A DNA stretch of 64,000 nucleotides from Candidatus Aminicenantes bacterium (lineage in GTDB: Bacteria; Acidobacteriota; Aminicenantia; Aminicenantales; JAFGBC01): NCBI GenBank assembly GCA_963702005.1, contig OY969696.1:2560001-2624000 (forward strand), written 5' to 3'. Shown here in pieces: positions 27,996-37,564 of this stretch. The stretch's first letter is position 1. Every line of letters starts with the position of its first letter. Both the position numbers and the translations under genes were made by a program. Under the pieces are notes generated by a model. It searched no databases. It was given only the letters and a program-made list of their open reading frames with translations, and was not told the origin of the DNA.

Positions 27996-30527
27996 TTGAA
28001 AGCCTCGCGTTTCGACCGCCTCCTGATCCGGGTCGCCGACATCCGGCCCGCCGAACGTCCGTTCGCGGTCCTGTTTTTCCTGTACTTCTTCCTGATCACG
28101 TTTCCGGCCTACATCATCAAGCCCGTCAAGCTCTCCCTTCTCCTTCGCTCGTTCAAGGCCGGGGACCTTCCTTACGCCTATCTCCTGTCGGCCGTGTTGA
28201 TCGGGTTCGTGGCTACGCTCAACGCCCGCCTCCTCGAGCGGCTTCCGCGCCGGCGCTACCAGGCCGGAACCATCCTGTTCTTCATGTCCAACCTCGTCCT
28301 GTTTTGGTTCCTGCTCAAGTCCCATTGGCCGGGTCTGAGCTTGATCTACTGGTTTTGGTCGGACGTTTTCATCGCGACGACCGTGACCCAGTTCTGGATC
28401 GGCTTCCACGACGTCTTCCATCCCCACCAAGCCAAGCGGCTCATCGGGTTTCTGGTCAGCGGAGGCCTGCTGGGCGGGATCTGCGGGTCGCTTTTAGCCG
28501 GGTGGCTGGCTCGGCTCATCGGCACCGAAAACCTTCTCCTTGTCTGTCCGGCCGTCTTGGCCGGAACCTTCGTCGTCATCGAAGCCCTCCATCGCCAGCG
28601 GGCGAAAGCCCCGGCCGGGGGCGGGGCGCGCGATCAGATCCCGGATAAGCGGCCGCCGGTCTCCACCCGTGCCCTGGAGGGATTCCGGCTCCTCCGCAGC
28701 AGCCGCTACTTGTCCCTCCTGGCCGGAGTCCTGGTCTTGGCGGTCGTCGTCGGGACCCTTATCGAGCTCCAGTTCAACACGATCCTCCAAGCCTTCGTCA
28801 AGGACAAGGACGCCAGGACGGCCTTCATCGCCACCTTCTTCGCCATCCTGCTCATCATCTCCTACCTGTTCCAGGTGTTCGTGTCCGGGCCGATCCTGAG
28901 GCGCTTCGGCATCAAGACCGCCCTCGTCATCGGACCCGTCCTTCTGCTGGCCGGCGCCTTCTCCATTTTCATCGTTCCGGCCGGGGCCCTCATCGCTTGG
29001 GCCGTCGCGGCCCGCGGGACCGATAAGGGCATGGACAACACACTCAACCAGTCCGTCCGGGAGCTGCTCTACATTCCGGTCCCGGCCGGCATCAAGTACA
29101 AGGCGAAGCTCTTTATCGACATGTTCGTGACCAAGTTCGCGAACGGCATCGGAGCGCTCCTCTTTCTGGTCACTTTCACGGGCCTCCACTGGTCGGTCCG
29201 CAAGGTCAGCTTCCTGAGCCTGGCCCTGATCGCCGTCTGGTTCGTCCTCGTCAGGCTCATCCACTTGGAGTATATCCGTGTCGTCAAGCAGGACCTCGAA
29301 CGGCGCTGGGAAGACGGGCACAGGCTCGTCGCCGAACGGGTCGACCTGGACATGACCCGGCTCATCTTCGACACGATCCAAAGTCGGGAAAAAAGTTCCT
29401 CGCTATACCTGATGAACCTGTTTGACCTGGTCGGGAAGGAGAAGCTGACCCCGGAGCTCAAAAAGCTTATCGCCTCCCAGGCCGAGGAGTACCGCCTCAG
29501 GACCCTGGATTCCGTCCTCGATGTCGGAGCCGAAGCGTCCGGCCTGGAGGTCGGTGACATCTTCGAGGACGCGGATTGGCAGAGGAATATCCGGGAGATC
29601 CTCGAGCTCGATTCCTACCGTAAGGTCATGGACGAATACCTCAAGCAAACCTTGTCCGGATCGAAACGGGCCGATGAGATATCCCGCATGGAGGCGGCCA
29701 AGCTCCTGGGGCTGCGCGGACCGTCGCCGGCCGCCGTCCGCGGTTTGAAGGCCCTCCTGGCCGATCCCTCGGCCGAGGTCCTGAACTACGCCCTCGGCAG
29801 CGCCGCCCGGCTCCAAAGGAAAGAGCTGCTGCCCGTCGTCATCGGCCACCTGGCTAATCCCCAGATCCGCCAGGTCGCCGCCGACGCCCTGGTCGCTCAC
29901 GGCGAGAAGGCCCTGCCCGTCCTGAAAGCCCATTTGGAGGACGGCCGCCGGAACCTCGAACTTCGGCGCACCCTTCCCGACATACTGGCCAGAATCGGCA
30001 CGCCCAAGGCCGCCGACATCCTGCTCGGAGAGCTCGATAAAAAGATGACGGAGATCCTGGAGGCCGAGATCATCGAGGCTCTTTTCCGCTTGAAATTGAA
30101 AAATCCCGATATTCGTTTCCGCGAGAAGCGGGTCTTCCCGCTCGTCCTGGACCAGATCCGGCAGTCTTGCCGGCTTTTCCTGGACCTCTGTTCGGCCAAG
30201 ACCGAATCCTCCTGCCCCGACGTCCGATCCGACGTACGGATGGCGCTGGCCCTCAAGAGGATCTTCGAGCTCTTGAGCCTCGTCTATCCGATCGAGGATG
30301 TCGTCCGGGCCTACCAGAACCTTCTGACCGGGACCGAGCGTTCGGCCGATTATTCTCTGGAACTCCTCGACAACATCCTCAACAAGGAGATCCGGGACGG
30401 TCTGGCCCCGCTGGTCGAAGCCTGGCCGACCGAGGAAAGGATCCGGCGCTGCCGGAAGTTTTTAGCCGGGTCCCGGCCCGGACGCCGGGAGGGGGCTTCC
30501 CCTCCGAAGGTGACTCGGATAGAATGA
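27996..30527 (+). CDS. NTT/TLC (Npt1/Npt2) nucleotide translocase fused to HEAT repeats
   Basis: YIIKPVK, QFW..F.DVF....AKRL, RELLYIPVP...KYKAK.FID; C-terminal helical HEAT-like repeats. Confidence 0.85.
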   Translation: MKASRFDRLLIRVADIRPAERPFAVLFFLYFFLITFPAYIIKPVKLSLLLRSFKAGDLPYAYLLSAVLIGFVATLNARLLERLPRRRYQAGTILFFMSNLVLFWFLLKSHWPGLSLIYWFWSDVFIATTVTQFWIGFHDVFHPHQAKRLIGFLVSGGLLGGICGSLLAGWLARLIGTENLLLVCPAVLAGTFVVIEALHRQRAKAPAGGGARDQIPDKRPPVSTRALEGFRLLRSSRYLSLLAGVLVLAVVVGTLIELQFNTILQAFVKDKDARTAFIATFFAILLIISYLFQVFVSGPILRRFGIKTALVIGPVLLLAGAFSIFIVPAGALIAWAVAARGTDKGMDNTLNQSVRELLYIPVPAGIKYKAKLFIDMFVTKFANGIGALLFLVTFTGLHWSVRKVSFLSLALIAVWFVLVRLIHLEYIRVVKQDLERRWEDGHRLVAERVDLDMTRLIFDTIQSREKSSSLYLMNLFDLVGKEKLTPELKKLIASQAEEYRLRTLDSVLDVGAEASGLEVGDIFEDADWQRNIREILELDSYRKVMDEYLKQTLSGSKRADEISRMEAAKLLGLRGPSPAAVRGLKALLADPSAEVLNYALGSAARLQRKELLPVVIGHLANPQIRQVAADALVAHGEKALPVLKAHLEDGRRNLELRRTLPDILARIGTPKAADILLGELDKKMTEILEAEIIEALFRLKLKNPDIRFREKRVFPLVLDQIRQSCRLFLDLCSAKTESSCPDVRSDVRMALALKRIFELLSLVYPIEDVVRAYQNLLTGTERSADYSLELLDNILNKEIRDGLAPLVEAWPTEERIRRCRKFLAGSRPGRREGASPPKVTRIE

Positions 30528-30542
30528 AAAAAGGGAAATGCC

Positions 30543-32219
30543 ATGTCTGACCTGTTCATTTATCCCAAGGACGGCGAACCTTTCGCCTTTGTGGCCGAGA
30601 AGGATCGGACCCTGATCGGCCGGGCTCCGGACAACGACCTGCCCTTGACGGACCAGTTCTGCTCCTCCCATCATGCCGCGATCCTGCGCCGCGGAGAAAA
30701 ATTTACGGTCGTCGATTCGAGCAGCAAGAACGGAACCTTCGTCAACGGCCTCAAGATCCAGCAGGAGACCGAACTCGCCAACGGGGATGAGATCCTGGTC
30801 GGCATGACCCGCCTCATCTTCGGCAAGAAGCCGCTCTCCCATGTCGAGCTCGTCGACGCCGGACCCCTGGCCGAGAACATCAACACGATCGTCAACGTCC
30901 GGGATATCCTCAAGGAAAGCGCCGTCGATACGATAACCCGGAAGCCGGACACCGCCCTCGACCCCGAAGCACTCCAGCGCGAACAGAAGGTCCTCCGCGT
31001 CCTCAACGAAGTCAGCCAATCCCTCATCTACCACATGCCGATGGCCGAACTCCTGTCCCACATCATGGACCTCATCACCGAGAACATCAGGATGGACAGG
31101 GCCGTTCTCCTGCTCAGGGAGGGCAATCCGCCCCATCTCGTTCCCCGGGTCATCCGGATTCCGAACCGGGACATGAAGGACCAGAGCGTCCGGATCAGCC
31201 AGAGCATCGTCCGGACGGCCCTCGAAAAGAACTCGGCCGTCCTCGTCTCCGACATCCAATCGGACACCCAGTTCCGCTCCCAGGCCAGCATCATCCAGTC
31301 CAGAATCCATTCGGCCCTGTGCGTCCCGCTCTGGAACAACAAGGAGATCATCGGGCTCGTCTACGGCGACCGGATTTCGCTTCTGGAGCCGTTCCGATCC
31401 GAAGACATGAAACTCCTGACCTTCCTGGCCAACCTGGCCGCTATCAAGATCGAGAACGCCCGGCTTTTCGACCAGGCCCTGGAGAGGAGCCGCCTCGACC
31501 GGGAGCTGAGCCTGGCCGTTCAAATCCAGAGGAATTTTTTGCCCAAGGAAAGCCCGATCCCGGACGCCTTCGACATCTGGGGGACGAACTTTTGCTGCTG
31601 CAAGGTCGGCGGCGACTACTACGATTTTATCCCGACCGGCCCCGGCTCGGTCGGCCTGGCCATCGCCGATGTCTCGGGAAGCGGGGTTGGAGCGGCCCTG
31701 CTGATGGCCTCGCTGCGGGCCGCCCTCCACTCCGAGATCCATCCCGGCGTCGATCCCTCGGCCATGGCGGCCAAGCTCAATGAGTTTGTCTACCGCAGCT
31801 CGGAAAGCGACACCTTCATCTCCTTCTTCTTCGGAGATCTCGACAAATCGATCGGGGAGCTCCGCTACGTCAATGCCGGCCACAACGCGCCCGTCCTGGT
31901 CCGGGCCTCGGGCGCCGTCCAGCGCCTGCCCCGCCTGGGCTATTGTCTGGGCATGTTCCCGGGGGCGGAGTTTGAAGTCGGGACGGTCCGGTTCGAGCCC
32001 GGGGACAGGCTGTGTCTGTACACGGACGGGATAACCGAGAGCCGCAACCAGGATCGGGAGGAATACGGTGAAGAGCGGCTGATCGGACTCCTCAAGGCGA
32101 ACCCGGACGAAAGCGCCCGGGAGACGGGGGAGCGGATCGTGGCCGATGTCAAGGCTTTCTCTCTATGCGACGACCCGGAGGACGATATGACGATCGTGGT
32201 CGTTAAGAGGAAGGCCTGA
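30543..32219 (+). CDS. FHA-GAF-SpoIIE (PP2C) phosphatase, RsbU-like
   Basis: IGR..DNDL, SSHHA, SKNGTFVNG (FHA); SALCVPL (GAF); VGGDYYD, ADVSG.G, NAGH, YTDG, DDMT. Confidence 0.92.
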   Translation: MSDLFIYPKDGEPFAFVAEKDRTLIGRAPDNDLPLTDQFCSSHHAAILRRGEKFTVVDSSSKNGTFVNGLKIQQETELANGDEILVGMTRLIFGKKPLSHVELVDAGPLAENINTIVNVRDILKESAVDTITRKPDTALDPEALQREQKVLRVLNEVSQSLIYHMPMAELLSHIMDLITENIRMDRAVLLLREGNPPHLVPRVIRIPNRDMKDQSVRISQSIVRTALEKNSAVLVSDIQSDTQFRSQASIIQSRIHSALCVPLWNNKEIIGLVYGDRISLLEPFRSEDMKLLTFLANLAAIKIENARLFDQALERSRLDRELSLAVQIQRNFLPKESPIPDAFDIWGTNFCCCKVGGDYYDFIPTGPGSVGLAIADVSGSGVGAALLMASLRAALHSEIHPGVDPSAMAAKLNEFVYRSSESDTFISFFFGDLDKSIGELRYVNAGHNAPVLVRASGAVQRLPRLGYCLGMFPGAEFEVGTVRFEPGDRLCLYTDGITESRNQDREEYGEERLIGLLKANPDESARETGERIVADVKAFSLCDDPEDDMTIVVVKRKA

Positions 32220-32242
32220 GGAAGCCCGAGGACGGGTGCGGC

Positions 32243-32683
32243 ATGGGACGGGCTATCGAGCGGATCAAGGTCCTGGCGGATCTCGGGGACGTCGACCGGG
32301 TCCGGAACGTCCTCAGAAACGCGCTCGAGCGCTGGGGCGTCGACGAAGAGGACGGCTTCAAGATCGAGCTGTCCCTTTATGAAGTCTGCATCAATATCAT
32401 TCTCTACGCCTATCCGGGAGGCCGCGGCGAGATCGATGTCCGCCTCTGGATGGAGGGAAACCGGTTCCATCTCGAGGTCCGGGACACCGGCCTGCCCTTC
32501 GACCCCCGGAGCCTCGCCCCGCCGGACATCCGCGAGAATATCAGGACGGGGAAGAAGGGCGGCTTGGGCGTCTACCTGGTCCGAACCCTGATGGACGGTT
32601 TTTCCTACCGGCGCGAGAAGGAAACCAACGTCCTGACGGTTACCAAAACCCTGAGGCCGAGGAAACCCTCCTCTACGAGCTAA
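32243..32683 (+). CDS. RsbW/SpoIIAB-like anti-sigma Ser kinase
   Basis: E.C.NII.YAY, RDTG.PFDP, GGLGVYLV..LMD. Confidence 0.88.
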   Translation: MGRAIERIKVLADLGDVDRVRNVLRNALERWGVDEEDGFKIELSLYEVCINIILYAYPGGRGEIDVRLWMEGNRFHLEVRDTGLPFDPRSLAPPDIRENIRTGKKGGLGVYLVRTLMDGFSYRREKETNVLTVTKTLRPRKPSSTS

Positions 32684-32713
32684 AAGACTGCGCGGCCCCT
32701 CCCTGCTTTTCGG

Positions 32714-33547
32714 TCAGTAAAGAACGTTGGCCTCCCCGTTTTCCTTGATCAGGCGGTCGACCTCGGCCAGGATGAGGTCGCGGCGGATGAGCACGGCGTT
32801 GATCTCCTCGTCGCTGAGATACTCCCCGACGGCCGCCCGGATCGTGTCGAAGGTCAGGCCCTTGAGCTTATCGACGAAGGCCCGGGGGAGCTCCTTCATG
32901 AGCTTGGGGCCTTCGGGATGCTTGGCCGTATAGATAAGCTCCTTGGTAAATTTTTTTGAAGTGCGGAAGGAACGCGAGTGATCGATGAGGATCATCCGCC
33001 AGTCCGGCTGGGTGATCAGGATCTGGTTCATGTGGCGGTCCTCGTTCGCGATCAGGTTGTCGAAAGCCCGCTGGAGGTAAGTGCTCCGGTTCCAGGCAAA
33101 GACGTGGATGGGCGGCGTCTTGATCTTCTTTTCTTCTTTTTGTTTCAGGGACAGGCAATCCTCGATCCAGAGCTGGCAGGAGCCGCGGTTTTCGTGGAAG
33201 CGCCTCTCGACCGTGGGCGGGACGCGGCCGAGATCGAGAAGCTTGTCCATGAGATAGGCCGCGATCTCGAATTGCCATCCTTCGATATAGCCGGACATCC
33301 GGCCCTGGGCGTTCTTCCAAAGAGCGCGGTGGACGATGTCGCCCTTTTTAAGGGTCAACTCCCACGGGCTGGTTACAGACTCAGGACCGACCATCTGTTT
33401 ACTGGCGATGATGTCGGCCGTCCTCAGGAACTCCTCCCATTGAGGCCGTTCCGCGATCTCCTCGGGCAGGAACTGGGCCCGGAGAGCTGGGGCGACGGTT
33501 AAAAAGGCCAGCGCGATCAGGGAAAGATAAACCGGCTTTTTGTTCAT
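32714..33547 (-). CDS. Secreted atypical kinase, Fam20C/PI4K-II-like, copy 1
   Basis: Signal peptide ending ALRA; ALWK, EIAAY.MDKLL....VPPTV.R, GS.Q, FDNLIANEDRH, LIDHSRSF. Confidence 0.7.
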   Translation of the reverse strand: MNKKPVYLSLIALAFLTVAPALRAQFLPEEIAERPQWEEFLRTADIIASKQMVGPESVTSPWELTLKKGDIVHRALWKNAQGRMSGYIEGWQFEIAAYLMDKLLDLGRVPPTVERRFHENRGSCQLWIEDCLSLKQKEEKKIKTPPIHVFAWNRSTYLQRAFDNLIANEDRHMNQILITQPDWRMILIDHSRSFRTSKKFTKELIYTAKHPEGPKLMKELPRAFVDKLKGLTFDTIRAAVGEYLSDEEINAVLIRRDLILAEVDRLIKENGEANVLY

Positions 33548-33596
33548 ACTCCCTCCCTCCATCCGACGTCCATTCTATCTCCGCGGCGCCGCGGAT

Positions 33597-34418
33597 TCAA
33601 TACAGAACCTTATCCTCTCCATTGGCCCGGATCATGTCCTCGATCTCTTTGAGGACGAGGTCCTTGCGGGCCAGGACGGCCTGGATTTCCTCGTCGCTCA
33701 AGTACGGCCCCACCGCCGTCCGGACGCTTTCGAAGGTCAGGGATTTGATGCGATCCACGAAGGCGCGGGGAAGGCGGCGGAAAAGGAGGGGGCGAGGCTT
33801 AGCGCCCTGGCCGTAGAGGAGCCGATTGCTGAATTCGGGGCCTTTTCGGAAAGAGCGTGAGTGATCGATGAGAATGCTCCGCCAATCCTTGGTATAGAGC
33901 ATGTTTTGCTGGGTCCGGTCCTCGTTGGCGATGAGGCTGTCGAAGGCCCTGATCAGATATTTGGCTTTCTCGGTCCGGTCCAGGAACTCGTCGGGGATTC
34001 TTATATTATTTTCCGCGACCTTGAGAAGGCTCGTCTCGACCGTCGCCCAGAATTGAAGGGATCCTTTTTTGCCCAGGTACTCCCGTTCGACGGTCGGCGG
34101 GATCATGTCGAGTCCGAGGAGTTTATCCATCCGATAGGCCGCGATTTCGTACTGCCAGCCCTCCCAGAAGCCGAGCTGCCAGCCGCTGGGGTTCTTCCAA
34201 GCGGCCCGCTCCTCCCGGCCGTCCTTGCGGAGCGTGAGCCGAATGGGTTTGGTGACGCCCTCGGGGATATCCTCCGCCTTGACGATTTCGGCCGAGGCCA
34301 GGAAATCCTCGATGGCTTCCCTTTGAGCGATCTCCTCCGGCCTGAACTGGGCGAATGCGGCCGAGGCCAATGCCACTAGGACAATCGTAGCGGGACGTCG
34401 GATGGTTCGGAGTTTCAT
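33597..34418 (-). CDS. Secreted atypical kinase, Fam20C/PI4K-II-like, copy 2
   Basis: Signal peptide ending AFA; AAWK, EIAAYRMDKLL....IPPTVER, FDSLIANEDRT..N, LIDHSRSF; clear paralog of copy 1. Confidence 0.7.
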   Translation of the reverse strand: MKLRTIRRPATIVLVALASAAFAQFRPEEIAQREAIEDFLASAEIVKAEDIPEGVTKPIRLTLRKDGREERAAWKNPSGWQLGFWEGWQYEIAAYRMDKLLGLDMIPPTVEREYLGKKGSLQFWATVETSLLKVAENNIRIPDEFLDRTEKAKYLIRAFDSLIANEDRTQQNMLYTKDWRSILIDHSRSFRKGPEFSNRLLYGQGAKPRPLLFRRLPRAFVDRIKSLTFESVRTAVGPYLSDEEIQAVLARKDLVLKEIEDMIRANGEDKVLY

Positions 34419-34528
34419 GTCCTTCTTCCCTGGGAGAATTCGTCTGGAATCTATATAGCATATCCGAACCCGCAAATCCACCAAGTTGTGTTGACAGGGC
34501 TTTTTCGGTTGGTGTAGAGTGGTTCCTC

Positions 34529-35395
34529 GTGTTTGCCAAAAAAGCGTTCGCCGCCGTCCTCTCGCTGGTTCCCATCCTCCTGCCGGCGGCCTGCGCGCCG
34601 CGCCTCGCGCCCACGATTCTCTTTCCTTATCAATGGCCGGGGAAGCCGGGCTTCGACGGAAACATCGACCGGATTGGGATCGAGGGGCCTTCCGGTATCG
34701 TATTCCATCCCGGCCGCAACACTCTCTTCATCGTCGGGGACAAAGGTCTCATCGCCGAGATCGCTAAGGACGGCACGCCTGTCTTTAGCCAGCCCCTGCC
34801 CGGTGACCTGGAGGGGATCACGGTCGATCCGGCGACCGGGCTCTTGTATATCGTCGTCGAGGGGGACGACGTCATCCTCGAATTCGACCCGGAGCGGCGG
34901 ACCGTCCTGCGCCGTTTTCCGATCAACCGGGCCTTTGGGGGCTGTCCCGAATTTTTGGAGAAGCAGCGGGACAGGTACGACGACGGCATCGAGTCGATCG
35001 CCTGGATCGCGAACCCGTCCCATCCCGAAGGAGGAACCTTCTATATCGGGAATCAATGGGACCCGCCGGTCATCATCGAAGTCGAGGTTCCTCTCCGGTC
35101 GCGGGCGGCCGGGCCGGCCGAGGCCCGCATCGTCCGCGTCCTTCCCACTAAGATCGCCGACCCGGCCGACATGTACTACGACGCCCGGACGCGCCGCTTG
35201 AACGTCGTCTGCGACGCCGACAACATCCTTCTCGAGATCACGCTCTCCGGCCGAATCGTCGCTCAGTATGCGTTTCCCGGAGACAGTCAAGAAGGACTGG
35301 CCAGGGACGATGAAGGATACCTCTACCTGGCCCAGGATAACGGGGGGATCTTCAAGCTTAAGGATCTCAGGACCCCGGCGGCCCGCCGGAAGTGA
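34529..35395 (+). CDS. SdiA-regulated / YjiK-like beta-propeller lipoprotein
   Basis: Lipobox-like LPAAC; EGPSGI, LFIVGD.G, GDLEGIT, GIESIAW, QEGLA repeats. Confidence 0.7.
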   Translation: MFAKKAFAAVLSLVPILLPAACAPRLAPTILFPYQWPGKPGFDGNIDRIGIEGPSGIVFHPGRNTLFIVGDKGLIAEIAKDGTPVFSQPLPGDLEGITVDPATGLLYIVVEGDDVILEFDPERRTVLRRFPINRAFGGCPEFLEKQRDRYDDGIESIAWIANPSHPEGGTFYIGNQWDPPVIIEVEVPLRSRAAGPAEARIVRVLPTKIADPADMYYDARTRRLNVVCDADNILLEITLSGRIVAQYAFPGDSQEGLARDDEGYLYLAQDNGGIFKLKDLRTPAARRK

Positions 35396-36743
35396 GTTTT
35401 CTATGCTCGCGGGCGATCAGGATGCCCAGGGCGATCCAGACGGCAACGACGGCCAAGTTGAACTTGGCGAAACCCTCGATCTTGAAGGCGAAGACGCTCG
35501 TCCCTAAAAGGACGGTCAAGGCGGACAGGACGTCCCCGGACCGGTGAAAGAACGTGTCGATGGCCGCCTTGGCCTTGTATTTGGCCTCCCGTGACGTGAT
35601 CAGGAATAGGGCGTGACGCGTCGTGTTCATCAGGGAGTAGTCGGTGGCGTTCTCGACGGCCTTGGTCCATTTCACGGCCAGCAACGTTGCACCCAAGCTT
35701 ACCGCCGCGTAGCCGCCGAAGGCCAGGACGGGGAGGAAGAATAGGGCGCCTCGGACGCCGACCGCTCTGAAGATCCGGGAGACCAGGAAGAGCTGTATGA
35801 CGACGGCGAGCAGGTTGAAGACCGTGAAGAAATCCGCATAGAGCTGACCCAGGTAATCGACCGTGCTCAAGCCGCCCATCGTCCCCGCCGCCGCCGCCGC
35901 CTGGGCGGCTCGGCTGAAGACCCGGTCCAGAATGTATTGGCCATTCGTGTTGACGAGGTTCAAGACCATTATGAATAAGGCGATCAGGAGAAGGTAGCGG
36001 CTCGAGAAGAGAAGACGGAAACCTCCGCCCTTGGCGAGGGGTTTTTCTCCGAGGGCTTGGGCCTCCCGTGACTTCAGGCGGATCCGGTCGACCTCCCTGC
36101 GGTGGACGACCAGGGTCAGGAGGATACAGATGCTGAGCACGGCGCCGGCCACGATCATCATCGCGTAGCAGCCGAGCGAGGCGACCAAAACCTTGACGAT
36201 CGCGCTTCCGGTCAGGGCCCCAAAGGTCGCACCGAAGGCGATGAGAGGAAAGAGCCTTCGGCCTTCGGCTTCCGTGTAGATGTCGTTGGCGAACCCCCAG
36301 AATTGGGCGGGAAGCATGACGCTGAAAACGCCCGCCCAGACGAAGAAGGCGATCCCCATCGTGCCCAGCGGCGTCCCGAAGAGATAGAGGCCGTAGAAGA
36401 GGACGAGGTTGCTTATAAAGAAGACGAGGACGGTGGCGATGAGTTTTTGGCGGGGGACACGGGAGGCGAGATGGCTGAAGGCCTTGACGGCGAAGACGAG
36501 GACCACGGCCGTCGCGGCGGACAGGTAGCTCTTATATTCGGCGCCCTTCCCGGCGTTGATCAGGGCGTCCCGGACGGGTTTGACGATGTAGTAGCAGGTC
36601 ATAAGGAGGTAGACGTTCAGGACAAGGAGGACGGCCGTGGAGGCCTCGCCGGGATGGACTTCCGAGAACAGCCGCAGGAACCGATAGAGGGGCGGCTCGG
36701 GCTTCGGGAGCGCGGCCGACCTCTCGTTCTTTTCCAAGGTCAA
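35367..36743 (-). CDS. NTT/TLC-family nucleotide (ATP/ADP) translocase
   Basis: YYIVKPVRDAL, QFWGFANDIY....GRRLFPLI, K..E....YSL.......LF....REAKYKAKAAIDTFF.R.GD. Confidence 0.87.
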   Translation of the reverse strand: MTLEKNERSAALPKPEPPLYRFLRLFSEVHPGEASTAVLLVLNVYLLMTCYYIVKPVRDALINAGKGAEYKSYLSAATAVVLVFAVKAFSHLASRVPRQKLIATVLVFFISNLVLFYGLYLFGTPLGTMGIAFFVWAGVFSVMLPAQFWGFANDIYTEAEGRRLFPLIAFGATFGALTGSAIVKVLVASLGCYAMMIVAGAVLSICILLTLVVHRREVDRIRLKSREAQALGEKPLAKGGGFRLLFSSRYLLLIALFIMVLNLVNTNGQYILDRVFSRAAQAAAAAGTMGGLSTVDYLGQLYADFFTVFNLLAVVIQLFLVSRIFRAVGVRGALFFLPVLAFGGYAAVSLGATLLAVKWTKAVENATDYSLMNTTRHALFLITSREAKYKAKAAIDTFFHRSGDVLSALTVLLGTSVFAFKIEGFAKFNLAVVAVWIALGILIAREHRKLTSGGPPGS

Positions 36744-37564
36744 TTCCTTCCGGCCGGGGGACCGAACAGGACGGCCGCTTCGCCCTTGTCCTTGATGAGA
36801 CCTTCCAGCGCGTCCAGGATGCGTCCCGTCCTCTTCGCCATCGCCCGGAGCTCGGCGTCGTTGAGAAATGCCCCGAGGGTCGCTTGAAGCTTTTTGAGAT
36901 CAAGATGCCGCAGCGTCTCGAACAAGGCCCGGGAGCAGCGCGTGACCTCGCAGCCGGGGATCAGGGCGGGCTCGGGCGAAAACGCCTCCGAGAAATCGAC
37001 TCGGCAGATCTTCCAATTGTCCTTGTGGACGAAGGTGTCCTCCAGGTTTCCGCACTCGTTGAAGACCAGGTTTTCGAAGATTCTGATCTCGGCCAGGGCG
37101 TCCCGGAACGCCGCCGGGTCCGGAGGAGAGATCCCGCGTCTTTTCAGGTCCCTGAATTTCACGCAGTTCTCGAGGAAAAGCTGGAGCGATCCCGGCACTT
37201 CGTCGATCGTCCGCTCGACGATGGGCGGGATGATCCGGAGGCCGACGAGCTTGGACAGCCCATAGGCCGCGAGCTCGTAGTGGTAGCTGTCGGGAAGGAG
37301 GGCCGGCCGCTTCCGGTCGACGTACTTAAAAATGGCCCGGCGCTCGACGACCCCGTCGCTCAAGGTGATGATCCAGGGGGCGGTCCGGCCTCCGGCCCCG
37401 CTTTTGTCGATGGAAACGACGCGGGCCGATCCCAGGAAAGCTTCCAGGGCGGCCGGATCGGGTTCGTCCTGCGCTCTCATGCCGGCCAAGCTTAGAGCCG
37501 GAACGCACGCCCAAACGACACCGGCCAGGAGCATCCCGACTCTCAAAAACGCGCTATTATTCAT
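36740..37564 (-). CDS. Secreted pseudokinase, paralog of the 32.7-34.4 kb kinases
   Basis: Signal peptide; AIFK, YELAAY..SKL....IIPPIVER and GSLQ retained; NEDR replaced by NECG, IDHS replaced by VDFS. Confidence 0.65.
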   Translation of the reverse strand: MNNSAFLRVGMLLAGVVWACVPALSLAGMRAQDEPDPAALEAFLGSARVVSIDKSGAGGRTAPWIITLSDGVVERRAIFKYVDRKRPALLPDSYHYELAAYGLSKLVGLRIIPPIVERTIDEVPGSLQLFLENCVKFRDLKRRGISPPDPAAFRDALAEIRIFENLVFNECGNLEDTFVHKDNWKICRVDFSEAFSPEPALIPGCEVTRCSRALFETLRHLDLKKLQATLGAFLNDAELRAMAKRTGRILDALEGLIKDKGEAAVLFGPPAGRN

